Positions 20,701 through 28,908 of a stretch of 64,000 bases of DNA are shown one piece after another. The notes beneath the pieces are model-generated. The model was not told where the DNA came from. It saw only the letters and a program-made list of their open reading frames with translations, and searched no databases. The translations under genes and the position numbers were made by a program. How positions within the stretch are numbered: position 1 is the first letter of the stretch; each line of letters starts with the position of its first letter. Source of the stretch: Phycisphaerae bacterium (GTDB lineage Bacteria > Planctomycetota > Phycisphaerae > UBA1845 > Fen-1342); assembly GCA_050115495.1 (NCBI GenBank), contig JASFQK010000006.1:1-64000 (forward strand), written 5' to 3'.

Positions 20701-21102
20701 GTACACGCCATCGCCGAAGGAGACGCTGCGCTGGCTGTTGTTCTCGCCGGTGCCGACCCAGAGGACGGCCGGGTTACCCGGATCGAGGGCCAGGCAGCCG
20801 ATGGAGAAAGCCCCTTGCTGGTCGAAGATCGGCGTGAAGGTAGTGCCGCCGTTGGTCGTCCGCCACACGCCGCCGGAAGCGACGGCGACGTAGTAACGAC
20901 TGGGACGCGACGGGTCGACGGCGAGATCGCCGATGCGGCCGGAGCTGACGGCCGGCCCGATCGAACGCAGCGTCAGACCGGCGAAGGTCTCCGCCGACAT
21001 CGGCGACGGTTTCTGCTCGCCGGCGGGCTTCGTCTCCTGACCCGCGGCTACGCCGGCCAGCACGGCCAGAACCACCATCGTCCGGTATGCGCACCTGTTC
21101 AT
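17782..21102 (-). CDS. VPS10/BNR-repeat glycosyl hydrolase-like secreted protein
   Basis: RSIGPAVSSGRI; many Asp-boxes (TRDGGQTW, SPDRGETW, SEDGGQNW); ATG at 21102 after GAGGAG. Confidence 0.85.
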   Translation of the reverse strand: MNRCAYRTMVVLAVLAGVAAGQETKPAGEQKPSPMSAETFAGLTLRSIGPAVSSGRIGDLAVDPSRPSRYYVAVASGGVWRTTNGGTTFTPIFDQQGAFSIGCLALDPGNPAVLWVGTGENNSQRSVSFGDGVYRTRDGGQTWENLGLRDTEHIGVIAIDPRDTDTVYVAAQGPLWRSGPERGLYKTDNGGRSWRCVLRISEHTGINEVHLDPRDPDVVYASAYQRQRRVWTLIDGGPESALYKSTDAGVTWRKLTKGLPAVDLGRIGLDISPANPDVVYAIVEAADGEGGFFRSPDRGETWTKRSSYQTTSAQYYNEIICDPRDVDRVYVLDTILHVTEDGGKTFQPMPREHRHVDDHALWIDPQNTDHLIVGCDGGLYDTYDRGENWRFMPNLPVTQFYRVSADNSEPFYYVYGGTQDNNTLGGPSRTRSPAGITSEDWFITVGGDGFKSQIAPEDPNIVYSQWQHGGLIRFDRRSGESVDIRPREAPGDEPLRWNWDSPLLISPHNHQRLYFAANRLFRSDDCGSHWTAVSGDLSRRLDRNTLEVMGRIQPADAVAKHSHTSVYGNIVALDESPLVEGLLYAGTDDGLVQVSEDGGQNWRKIEQFPGVPELTYVSCLVASRHEADTVFAAFDNHKSGEFRPYLLRSPDRGQTWTSIVGDLPERDFVYTLAEDHVQPALLFVGTEFGAFFTIDGGEKWIRLKGGLPTIAVRDLDIQEREDDLVLATFGRGIYILDDYSLLRRVSDEQLGESAVLWPVKDALRYIEAGRLGGGSGRGAQGASYYAAPNPPFGAVFTYYLKDKLMTRRERRKEAEKEAARKGVTAPYPTIHELRAEDEEREPEMLLLVRDEAGAIVRRVPASRDKGIHRVAWDLRYPASTPPLLAPPPNRPPWWRPPSGPLALPGSYTVTLAQRVDGVLTELTPPKPFHVVPLELATFAAADRAARLAFEAKVARLQRAVRGALGATDEAQTRLTHVRQALLETPGADPALVEQAQALQQRLTRLLIQLRGDPTLARREEAVPLSIRQRVDEVVGDLWGTTSPPTGTQCDAYRYAGTAFAEVLPALRVLIEQDLAALESALEAAGGPWTPGRLPRWELETTADPPE

Positions 21103-21290
21103 GGCTGCTCCTCGCTCCGGCGGCCCGCTCCTCACCGTTCGGCACGCCGGTCATCCACCGAACAGTACCGGTCCCGTAGCAGGCCGGCAACCGCCAGTGG
21201 AGCGAGCGTCAGAACGGGCCGATTTCCCACCCCGTCGTACGTGATTCGCCGGAGCCCACTATCCGCGACCTGATCGCGGAGTCATGGCGG

Positions 21291-21854
21291 TTAATGGTCA
21301 TTCCTCTTCGCCTCAACGGTCATTGGCACACCCAGTTCGTTCCGCGGGTAGCGCGGACGGTAGCGAATGCGTATCGTCTCCATGTCTTTTCCAAGACAGT
21401 ATCTCTCGGTCGTGTAATCATCCTCCTGGATGTCAGACATCACCATGAGGTAATACTGAGCGTCGTCGACGTCAGCCCACACAACGAGCTGATAGCCGTG
21501 GATAGCGCTGGCTGGCTGAAGCTCCCCACCATCAAGCTCGAAAAGGTACAAATACGGCTCAGGTGGCACGGCTTGCCCATTCACCTCGATGGATTCAATG
21601 AACACGCCACAGAGACGATTACGGTAAATGCTTCGATGGGCCGTCTGAATGAAGAGCGGCAGATAGAGAGTTTTGCTCATCTCACGAAATTCGACGGTAT
21701 ACTCTGTCAGATCCTTGTCACGCAGCCCGGAACCGCAGCCCATGCAGGCCAGAAGGAGCTGCGCACTGATCGCGGCAGCGAAACCGAGCTTGAGTACACG
21801 AGCCACCCACGGCACTGCATGCCTGACCTTCGTACCACAGTTCGTCGAACGCAT
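21291..21854 (-). CDS. Hypothetical lipoprotein
   Basis: Hydrophobic stretch with lipobox-like LLLACMGC; lower-GC ORF with protein-like composition. Confidence 0.6.
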   Translation of the reverse strand: MRSTNCGTKVRHAVPWVARVLKLGFAAAISAQLLLACMGCGSGLRDKDLTEYTVEFREMSKTLYLPLFIQTAHRSIYRNRLCGVFIESIEVNGQAVPPEPYLYLFELDGGELQPASAIHGYQLVVWADVDDAQYYLMVMSDIQEDDYTTERYCLGKDMETIRIRYRPRYPRNELGVPMTVEAKRNDH

Positions 21855-21994
21855 TCTCGCACTCCTTATGACACCCGAGACAAATCACACCTCCGCACGC
21901 CAGTCCGCTGGCTGAACCAGCACCGCGAACGACCGCCGTCCGTGACTGCCCCCTTCTCCAACCCCTTTCGCCGCCCGGGCCCCCTTCTGCAACA

Positions 21995-22459
21995 TCAAGG
22001 AAGTGGGGGCCTCATGAAGAGGGATATCACGAAGGCGAAGGCAACGCTGACGACATTGGCCAACAGGACAACGCCGAACACCTTCCATGATCGCTTGGCC
22101 TGGAAGAGCCACACCAGCGGCCAGAACTCGACCAGCGCGTTCACGAGGACGGCAAGCACCCACGCAGCCGCCCAACCAATGGGATGGAACGTGCCCACGC
22201 GGCCCATGTGCCACATGAGCGCCCCAACCGTGGCTTCCCAACCCCACCCCGACAAGGGGATGAGGATGATGGCCAGGGCGGCCGACAGCGCGTTGACGAC
22301 CAGCGAAGCCACCCCCGCCCGTTTCCGCGTGAACCCGAGCCAGTAGTGGAATATCGCCCACTCAGCCAGAAAGCCCAGGAGCATGGCCCCCGACGCGTAG
22401 TAGTAGTGCGCCACGTACAACGAAGGCCAAACGACATTCGCAAGACAGCTACTGAGCAT
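21995..22459 (-). CDS. Hypothetical multi-pass membrane protein
   Basis: About four hydrophobic helices with repeated VNA/ANV motifs; start assumed at MLSSCLAN. Confidence 0.65.
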   Translation of the reverse strand: MLSSCLANVVWPSLYVAHYYYASGAMLLGFLAEWAIFHYWLGFTRKRAGVASLVVNALSAALAIILIPLSGWGWEATVGALMWHMGRVGTFHPIGWAAAWVLAVLVNALVEFWPLVWLFQAKRSWKVFGVVLLANVVSVAFAFVISLFMRPPLP

Positions 22460-22587
22460 CGGAGAACTCGCCCATATACCAGCGGAACACTCAACTGCAT
22501 CGAGACCGCCCCGACGTCCCAAAGCCAACAGCAACAACAAGGCCCATAGGAAACACGACAGGCAGCCCCCTCCTCTCCCACTCAGCG

Positions 22588-23100
22588 TTACGGTTGCTGC
22601 AAGGCCTCCCACTTCCGGCGTACACGCTCCTGGTGTCTGGCCAACTGCTCTGCCGAGAGTTCGCCATCCACTTCGCATGCGATTCTGACCGCGGAGGATT
22701 CAAACCCCTGCTGGAACACGTCGCTCGGTATCGGCCTCGTGGACCAGCGCACATCGCGGTCGCGATACGACAGATCATCCGCGAGCAACACGAGCCCGTC
22801 GTTCTGCACGTAGGATTCGCGGAATATCATCAGTACGTCCGGGACCGAATAGAACAGGCAAACGACGCCCTCATCGTCGCGGTCGGGCTGCATCGCCAGC
22901 ACCAGTCTCTCCCCGCCGTGACACAGCCCTTCGACAACCAGCTCGGACTGGACGGCGTCCAGGATCTCCGCAACCGCCGAACCATTCACCAACGCGGGGA
23001 CGGGCTCTTCGCGATGGGCTTCGCACGCCCGATCCCGGCTTGCGCAACCCACGGCACAAAGCATGCAGACCGAAACCCCGACCACGAGCATCGTCTTCAT
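22588..23100 (-). CDS. Hypothetical 170-aa lipoprotein (paralog of 28396-28908)
   Basis: GGAGG RBS, lipobox AVGC, colinear similarity to 28396-28908. Confidence 0.75.
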   Translation of the reverse strand: MKTMLVVGVSVCMLCAVGCASRDRACEAHREEPVPALVNGSAVAEILDAVQSELVVEGLCHGGERLVLAMQPDRDDEGVVCLFYSVPDVLMIFRESYVQNDGLVLLADDLSYRDRDVRWSTRPIPSDVFQQGFESSAVRIACEVDGELSAEQLARHQERVRRKWEALQQP

Positions 23101-23462
23101 CGGCCCCCTCCAGGAAAGGGAACATCCTCCAGGAGCACAGCGTGCGGACATTCTACCTGCCCACGCTGAAAGGCACAGGGGGTCGCAGCACTGCCCGGCC
23201 GCTAATCGGCCGGACGGCGAAATCGCCTCGGCCCCCGCAACTCGCGCCACCCGCCAGGCCACGAATTGCCGGCACCTTGCATCGGAAACGGGCATCAACA
23301 CCCCCGCAAACGCCCATCGGCGACGCCGCCCCGAAAGCGGTTTTGGATCTTAATGAACGCCCGCGGACTTTCCGACACCTATCACGTGGGGACCGAACGC
23401 GGGCCCCGCATCTTCGTTCGCGTGCAGCTCCTCTATCACGGGCACCCCACTGGAGACCAACC

Positions 23463-23693
23463 ATGGCGGACTGCGAATGCACTCCCGGCTGTCCCTTCTT
23501 CAACGGCCGCATGGCGAACGCGATGCCGGCGATCGCTGAGAGCATGAAGAAGAAATACTGTCAGGGCCACAATCACGACTGCGCCCGCTACATGGTCTTT
23601 CGCGCCCGCGGCAAGGGTAGCGTCCCGGAGGACCTGCTGCCCAACCACACCGACCGAGCGAAACAGCTCATCGCTGCAGCCCCGGCTTCCTGA
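23463..23693 (+). CDS. Small Cys-rich hypothetical protein (76 aa)
   Basis: GGAG RBS; C-x-C-x3-CPFF...YC...CARY...VPEDLLP pattern. Confidence 0.75.
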   Translation: MADCECTPGCPFFNGRMANAMPAIAESMKKKYCQGHNHDCARYMVFRARGKGSVPEDLLPNHTDRAKQLIAAAPAS

Positions 23694-23823
23694 CCACACG
23701 GCGGGGCCATTCGACAGGAGAAGAGCAGACTGTCCCCTCCTCTCCGGTATTCCTCCCTTCACTGCGCCGCAGACCGCGTCCCGAAAACGCTCCCGTCCCC
23801 GACGACAATCTGACCCACCGGTC

Positions 23824-23866
23824 AAAGAACGAACCGGCGGAGCGCGTTGCCGCGTCCGCCGGTTCG
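23824..23866 (-). terminator. Intrinsic terminator after the FG-GAP gene
   Basis: Stem cgaaccggcgga/tccgccggttcg followed by ttcttt on the minus strand. Confidence 0.6.
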
Positions 23867-23896
23867 CCGATCTAGCCCTCGTCTATGCGGCTCGCC

Positions 23897-26806
23897 TTAC
23901 GGCTGCGTGAGTAGCGACACGAACGGGCTGATGTCAAAGTTGTTGACGAGCCCGTCGCCGCTGCAGTCGGCGTTCAGGATATTGCAGTCCGGGTACTCGT
24001 CCTCATACCCGGCCGGATCCGTGATCGCCAGCACGAACGGACTGATGTCGAAGTTGTTGACGATCCCGTCGCAGTTCATGTCGCCGGGCGTCGAGCACGA
24101 CGGCAGACTGCTCAGGTCGGCCATCAGGAAGTCCGGCGGAACGCCCTCACCGCTGGAGAGGCCCACCAGGGCGTGGGTGGATCCCAGCGAGAGGTAGCTC
24201 AGCGTGATCGTGCCGTCTTGGAACACCTCGACCTGGAACGTGTTGGGCAGCGCACCCCATTCCGGGATACCGTCCCACGTCACGGCCACGCGGTCGGCCA
24301 ACTGCAGCCATGACATGGACCCGCCCTGCGTCGGGTTCAGGTCCTCAAACAGCGCGCTGATGCGCGGCATGTTGAAGTGGGCATCCAGCGACTCCGTCCA
24401 CGCCGTGTCGGGGCCGTCGAACGTGATGTAGCCGTTGCTGCAGATGAACATGGTGTCATAGCCGACGCCGTACAGCACGGCGGGGAACGCCAACGCAATC
24501 TCCACGGCTTGATCATCCTGCAGCGACAACGTGTTACCGGTGCTGGTGTCGGTCGGCAGCTCCGTGATCGCCGAGCGGCACACCGCATACTCGCTGAGCG
24601 AGGCATCGGGTTGGAACGTGAGGCTGGTGTTGGCCAGGTCCGGCGTCGCGGTGAACAGCTCGGTGAAGTAGTTCGGGGCAGGCGGCGTCACGAACGAATA
24701 GCAGTTGCCGCCGTTGTCTTCCACGCCGACGTTGGCTGCCGCGTCCTCCGCCTCGGCCGCGAAGTAGTAGGTGTGCTCCGGCAGGAGGCCGGTGAGGAGC
24801 ACCGAGTGGTCCGTGGCCGTACCGAAGGCACCGGCTTCGCGGTCCAGATTGCCGCAGGTCTCGCCGAAACGGACGCGACCTTCCGCCAGCTCAGACGAGG
24901 TGAACGTCACGGTCACGTTCGTGCCGTACACGTCCTTCACCTGCACATTGGTGATGACCGGTGCCTGGCAGTCGACGATCGCCTCATCCGTAACGGCAAC
25001 GCCGAGGCCGCCGATACCGTTGTCCGCGTCGATGTACGTGACGGTGACGAGGTCGCCGTCGGCGACGAGCAGCGTGCCGGCCTCAACCGTATCGCTCGTC
25101 GGGATGGCGCCCATGAAGTGCGCCGAGTCGGGCCACGTCTCCGTCAGCGTGACGGTCTGCCCGACCGGGTCCGACGTGGACGCGATCGTGACGGTGATCG
25201 TCTCGGCCACGACCGGATCCGTGTCCAGCCCGAGGTCGAGCACGTCAATCGTGGCGAGACCGTCGCAGCTGTAGGCATCGCTGTCCAGCCACACGGTGCC
25301 AAGCTGCGTACCCTGGCGGTCGCCGTAGATGCCCGTGTTGTGGACGTTGATGCCGAAGGACGGCCTGTCCGCAAGGTCGGCGCGGGCGGGCGCGGGCGTG
25401 TCCCACGCATAGACATAGCTGCTCCAGGTCGAAGCGACGATCTCGAACAGCCCGTCACCGTCGATGTCACCGACGGCCACGCCGGAAACGCCGGCAGAGC
25501 CCATGTTCTTGGGGAAATCCGGCAGGACCTGCCCCTCGCCGTTGACGGCGTAGATCAGCCCCTGGTCCGTGGACACCAAGATATCCTGCAGGCCGTCGCC
25601 GTCGACGTCCGCCACGGCGGGAAAGGCGCGCATGACGACGGGCCACTCAACCGGGAAGCCCGGCAGCGACGTCCGCGTGGCGAGGTCGAAGACGTTGACG
25701 CGGTCGCCGCCGGCGAGGAGGTTGTCCAGCGCGATGAGCTCGGGTTTGCCGTCACCGGTCACGTCGCCGAGCCCCACAGAGTAGAGCTGACTACCGGTGT
25801 TGATCTGGATCGGGAAGCCATCCACATTCGAGCCGTCGATGTGGCGGCACTCAGCCCACGACGTCTGGTTGGCATAGTACCCGAACAGCAGATCGAGGAC
25901 ACCGTCGCCGTCGACGTCCGCCGGGACCGGGGCGGTGTTCATCAGGTTGCCCGAGGCAAACGTGATCACGGTAAGCGGATAGCCTGCCCTGTCGGTGCCG
26001 TCCGGGTTGAAGACGTGCAGAATGAAGGACGGAGACTGCCAGGCCAGGGCGAACATCTCGCGATGCCCGTCGCCATCGATATCGCCGAAGTAGAGGCCCG
26101 AGACGCTCTCGGTGTCGGCCAGATGGCGCGTGAAGAGCCGCGTGCCGGTGTAGTCGTACGCCGAGACCCGGTTGTACGTGAAGTTGTTCCCGACAGTGTG
26201 GAAGCCCCACGCCTGCAGGTAGCCGTCCTCGTTGACGTCGCCAATAACGAAAGGCGACGAAAGAGCGTTGCCACCGCCATCCGGCGCTTCCTGCGGGAAA
26301 CTCAGCAGGTTCGTTCCATCGAAATTCCGCCCGTTGAACGAATACATGTTCAACGTCTGGTAGTACCAGTCACGCAGCATCCACATGACATCGAGGCTGC
26401 CGTCACGGTCGAAATCCGCGATGGCCGGGCCGGGCATGCAGGCGTTGGTGCCGTAGCCCATGGCGTAGTGTTCGGTAGTGGGCCAGCCCGCAAGGAACGA
26501 GCCATCGCCACGGAGACCGAACGTGTCACCGCCCGTCAGGAAGATCTCGGCCGCGCCGTCGCCATCCATGTCAAAGAGCGTCGGCGTGTAGGGGAAGCCG
26601 GCGTTGTTCAGATGCAGGTCAACCGGCCAGCCGGTGCGCGCAACCCCACTGGGCTCGGTGGGCGTTCCGACGAAGACCTGATCGGCTGCAGGAGCGATCG
26701 TCTCCGTGTCATTTGCAACCTCGTCACCGGCCTGTGCCCAGGGTGCTATCCCCAGACCCAGCAATGCAATACAGGTGATCAGACCGCAGACTCTCAACTT
26801 CGGCAT
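23897..26806 (-). CDS. Secreted FG-GAP/VCBS repeat protein with FN3-like, nidogen-like and C-terminal dockerin-like domains
   Basis: Signal peptide, DxDGDG repeats, LTGLLPEHTYYF, duplicated GDMNCDGIVNNFDISPFV / ADCSGDGLVNNFDISPFV tail. Confidence 0.85.
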   Translation of the reverse strand: MPKLRVCGLITCIALLGLGIAPWAQAGDEVANDTETIAPAADQVFVGTPTEPSGVARTGWPVDLHLNNAGFPYTPTLFDMDGDGAAEIFLTGGDTFGLRGDGSFLAGWPTTEHYAMGYGTNACMPGPAIADFDRDGSLDVMWMLRDWYYQTLNMYSFNGRNFDGTNLLSFPQEAPDGGGNALSSPFVIGDVNEDGYLQAWGFHTVGNNFTYNRVSAYDYTGTRLFTRHLADTESVSGLYFGDIDGDGHREMFALAWQSPSFILHVFNPDGTDRAGYPLTVITFASGNLMNTAPVPADVDGDGVLDLLFGYYANQTSWAECRHIDGSNVDGFPIQINTGSQLYSVGLGDVTGDGKPELIALDNLLAGGDRVNVFDLATRTSLPGFPVEWPVVMRAFPAVADVDGDGLQDILVSTDQGLIYAVNGEGQVLPDFPKNMGSAGVSGVAVGDIDGDGLFEIVASTWSSYVYAWDTPAPARADLADRPSFGINVHNTGIYGDRQGTQLGTVWLDSDAYSCDGLATIDVLDLGLDTDPVVAETITVTIASTSDPVGQTVTLTETWPDSAHFMGAIPTSDTVEAGTLLVADGDLVTVTYIDADNGIGGLGVAVTDEAIVDCQAPVITNVQVKDVYGTNVTVTFTSSELAEGRVRFGETCGNLDREAGAFGTATDHSVLLTGLLPEHTYYFAAEAEDAAANVGVEDNGGNCYSFVTPPAPNYFTELFTATPDLANTSLTFQPDASLSEYAVCRSAITELPTDTSTGNTLSLQDDQAVEIALAFPAVLYGVGYDTMFICSNGYITFDGPDTAWTESLDAHFNMPRISALFEDLNPTQGGSMSWLQLADRVAVTWDGIPEWGALPNTFQVEVFQDGTITLSYLSLGSTHALVGLSSGEGVPPDFLMADLSSLPSCSTPGDMNCDGIVNNFDISPFVLAITDPAGYEDEYPDCNILNADCSGDGLVNNFDISPFVSLLTQP

Positions 26807-26895
26807 GTTCTTCTCCTTCTCCACACACTCCTGATCCACCGACGCCGTCACGGGCCTACTCCGTCCTCGCAATGCCGACGGCGGCGATCGAGATC

Positions 26896-27005
26896 AGGGT
26901 AATGGACCGCTAACCTTACGTCAACGAATTTGACGAATGATTTCATGTAATCTTTCGGAAAGTAAAGATGGGCAACTTGACTATCAATTTCCGGTTCATT
27001 AAGGT
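26896..27005. promoter_or_regulatory. Divergent sigma70 promoter pair
   Basis: Minus strand TTGACG-17-TACCCT (26924-26896); plus strand TTGACT-17-TAAGGT (26977-27005); AT-rich spacer containing atcttt...aaagat. Confidence 0.6.
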
Positions 27006-27032
27006 GGAGAGACAGGAGATTAGTGTCCTATA

Positions 27033-28301
27033 ATGACACCCACACAAGCAGGCGAAGCCGCACCTCCGCAGCCCGCCTCCTTCGAAAACCAGGCCATCGC
27101 TGCCCTCCGGCAGATGCGTAGCGCACTGGGTGCGCTCATCGCCGGCATTCCCGGCGGCGTCTCCAAGCCCGTTGAGTTGCAGAACGCGCTCGGCATCGAC
27201 GTGAAGCTGAGCTGGTCCGTCTTTCAGATCGTCGGTGCCGTCGACCTGCTGGCAGGCGCGCGGAACGTCCCGGGGACGCGCGCCATGCGGAAGCTGCTAC
27301 GCGCCGCCTCCCAGCACGGCGTGGCCCCCTCCCTGATCCAGCGCGTCTCGCAGGCCGCGGAAAACTTCGACCGGCTGGTCAGGCTACACGCCGGCGATCT
27401 CTCGACGTTCGACCTGATGGTCAGCGGCCGCGCCAGCGATGGCCCTAACGAGATCCACCTGACGCACCGCCGGGATGTGTTTCGCGGGAACAGCCACATC
27501 TGGGGCGTTCAGGCCAAGACGATGCTGCTGGCCCATTTCCTGCATCCGGCCGCCGAATACGGCATGACGGATGGGGCCAGCGTCCGCGGACTGATCGGGT
27601 TCCGGCGGATTCGCCCGAACGTGCCCTGGATCATCGCCCGGGCGCGGTGTGTCGACGTGGACGGCGTTGTGCGCCGGGTGGCGGAACGCCGCCCGCTCGA
27701 GCCGCTGGCGGACACCGAGGGCGGCGCCGCCGACAGCGTGCCCTTCCTGAGAGAGTTCTGCAGCAGACCGCTGCCCCAGTGCCGGCGCATCGAGCGCACC
27801 GACGGTTACGTCGAGCATGAGCTGGTCCCGGGACCGGTGGGGAGCACGGCGGTCATCACCTGCGTCATGGGCGACGTTGTCCAGGACAAAGCTTCTCGCT
27901 TCCGTGACAAGCACAATCAATACAACGAATACTTCGCCCTGGTCCGCACGCCGTGCGAGGTGCTGATCAACGATCTGTTCGTGCACGAGGACATGTTCGG
28001 CCCCCTCAAGCCGGAGCTGTTCGTCTACAGCGACCTTCTCGGCGGACCGGAATATCCGGCGGGCGGTCGCGAGCCCCCGCGTCTGCCGGTCCGCGGCTCC
28101 GTCGACTACCTGGGCAAGGGCTCGGGTGTCGTCGCCACGCCGGACGTCCCGCGTTACGTCGAGCTGGCCCAGCACGTGTTCGACCGACTCGGCTGGGACG
28201 GCCGGCGGTTCGACGTCTACCGCGTACGCGTGGCTTACCCGATCCTCTCCTCCATCGTCGTCATGCGCCACGCCCTGGCCGAACGCAGCCCAAGCCCGTA
28301 G
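27033..28301 (+). CDS. Uncharacterised 422-aa protein, putative HTH-containing regulator (paralog of 12857-14107)
   Basis: Full-length colinear motifs shared with 12857-14107; PVELQNALGIDVKLSWSVF is HTH-like. Confidence 0.8.
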   Translation: MTPTQAGEAAPPQPASFENQAIAALRQMRSALGALIAGIPGGVSKPVELQNALGIDVKLSWSVFQIVGAVDLLAGARNVPGTRAMRKLLRAASQHGVAPSLIQRVSQAAENFDRLVRLHAGDLSTFDLMVSGRASDGPNEIHLTHRRDVFRGNSHIWGVQAKTMLLAHFLHPAAEYGMTDGASVRGLIGFRRIRPNVPWIIARARCVDVDGVVRRVAERRPLEPLADTEGGAADSVPFLREFCSRPLPQCRRIERTDGYVEHELVPGPVGSTAVITCVMGDVVQDKASRFRDKHNQYNEYFALVRTPCEVLINDLFVHEDMFGPLKPELFVYSDLLGGPEYPAGGREPPRLPVRGSVDYLGKGSGVVATPDVPRYVELAQHVFDRLGWDGRRFDVYRVRVAYPILSSIVVMRHALAERSPSP

Positions 28302-28395
28302 CACACGAAGCGGGGACTCCCGGGACGGCACGCCGCCACGGGGGCGCTGCATCGCCGGCGACCATGGCAGCACGCCGCCGGCTCCACAGCGTGTC

Positions 28396-28908
28396 TCAGG
28401 GGCGCTGGAGCAACTCCTGCTTACGCTTCTCCCGGGACGCGTGTCGGGCCCGCTCCTCGTCGGTCAACGAAGTGTCCAAGTGGCCGACAAATCGCACGTC
28501 CGAGCGGCCGAAGCGCTCCTTGAATTCGTCGTCCGAGATCGCCCTGATCCACGAACGCGTCTGCTGATCCCGCCAGTTCAGCGTTTCGACCAACAGCAGC
28601 GTCCCGTCCTTCTGCTCCCAGGCCTCGCGGTAGATCTGCAGTTTCCCCGGCACTCGGCAGACCGTCGCCAGAACGCCGGGGCTCTTCCAGGCGATCCCGA
28701 CCTCGATGGCCTCCCCGCCGGCACAGACCTTCGTTTCGAGCAGTTCGGCTTGAATCGCGTCCAGCAGCCCCACCGCGTGGCGCAGGCCGACGCGCTCAGC
28801 GGTGCCGCCCTTCTCCTCCGCCCGCAGCGCGACAACGCCGAGTCCGATGGTCCCCACCGCGACAGCGGCGACACACGCGCTTACTGCTGTTCGTTTCCGC
28901 ATGGCCAT
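28396..28908 (-). CDS. Hypothetical 170-aa secreted protein (paralog of 22588-23100)
   Basis: AGGAG RBS, signal peptide, shared LDA.Q.EL...C.GGE, I.RE...Q.DG..LL and ARH..R..RK.E.LQ.P. Confidence 0.75.
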   Translation of the reverse strand: MAMRKRTAVSACVAAVAVGTIGLGVVALRAEEKGGTAERVGLRHAVGLLDAIQAELLETKVCAGGEAIEVGIAWKSPGVLATVCRVPGKLQIYREAWEQKDGTLLLVETLNWRDQQTRSWIRAISDDEFKERFGRSDVRFVGHLDTSLTDEERARHASREKRKQELLQRP

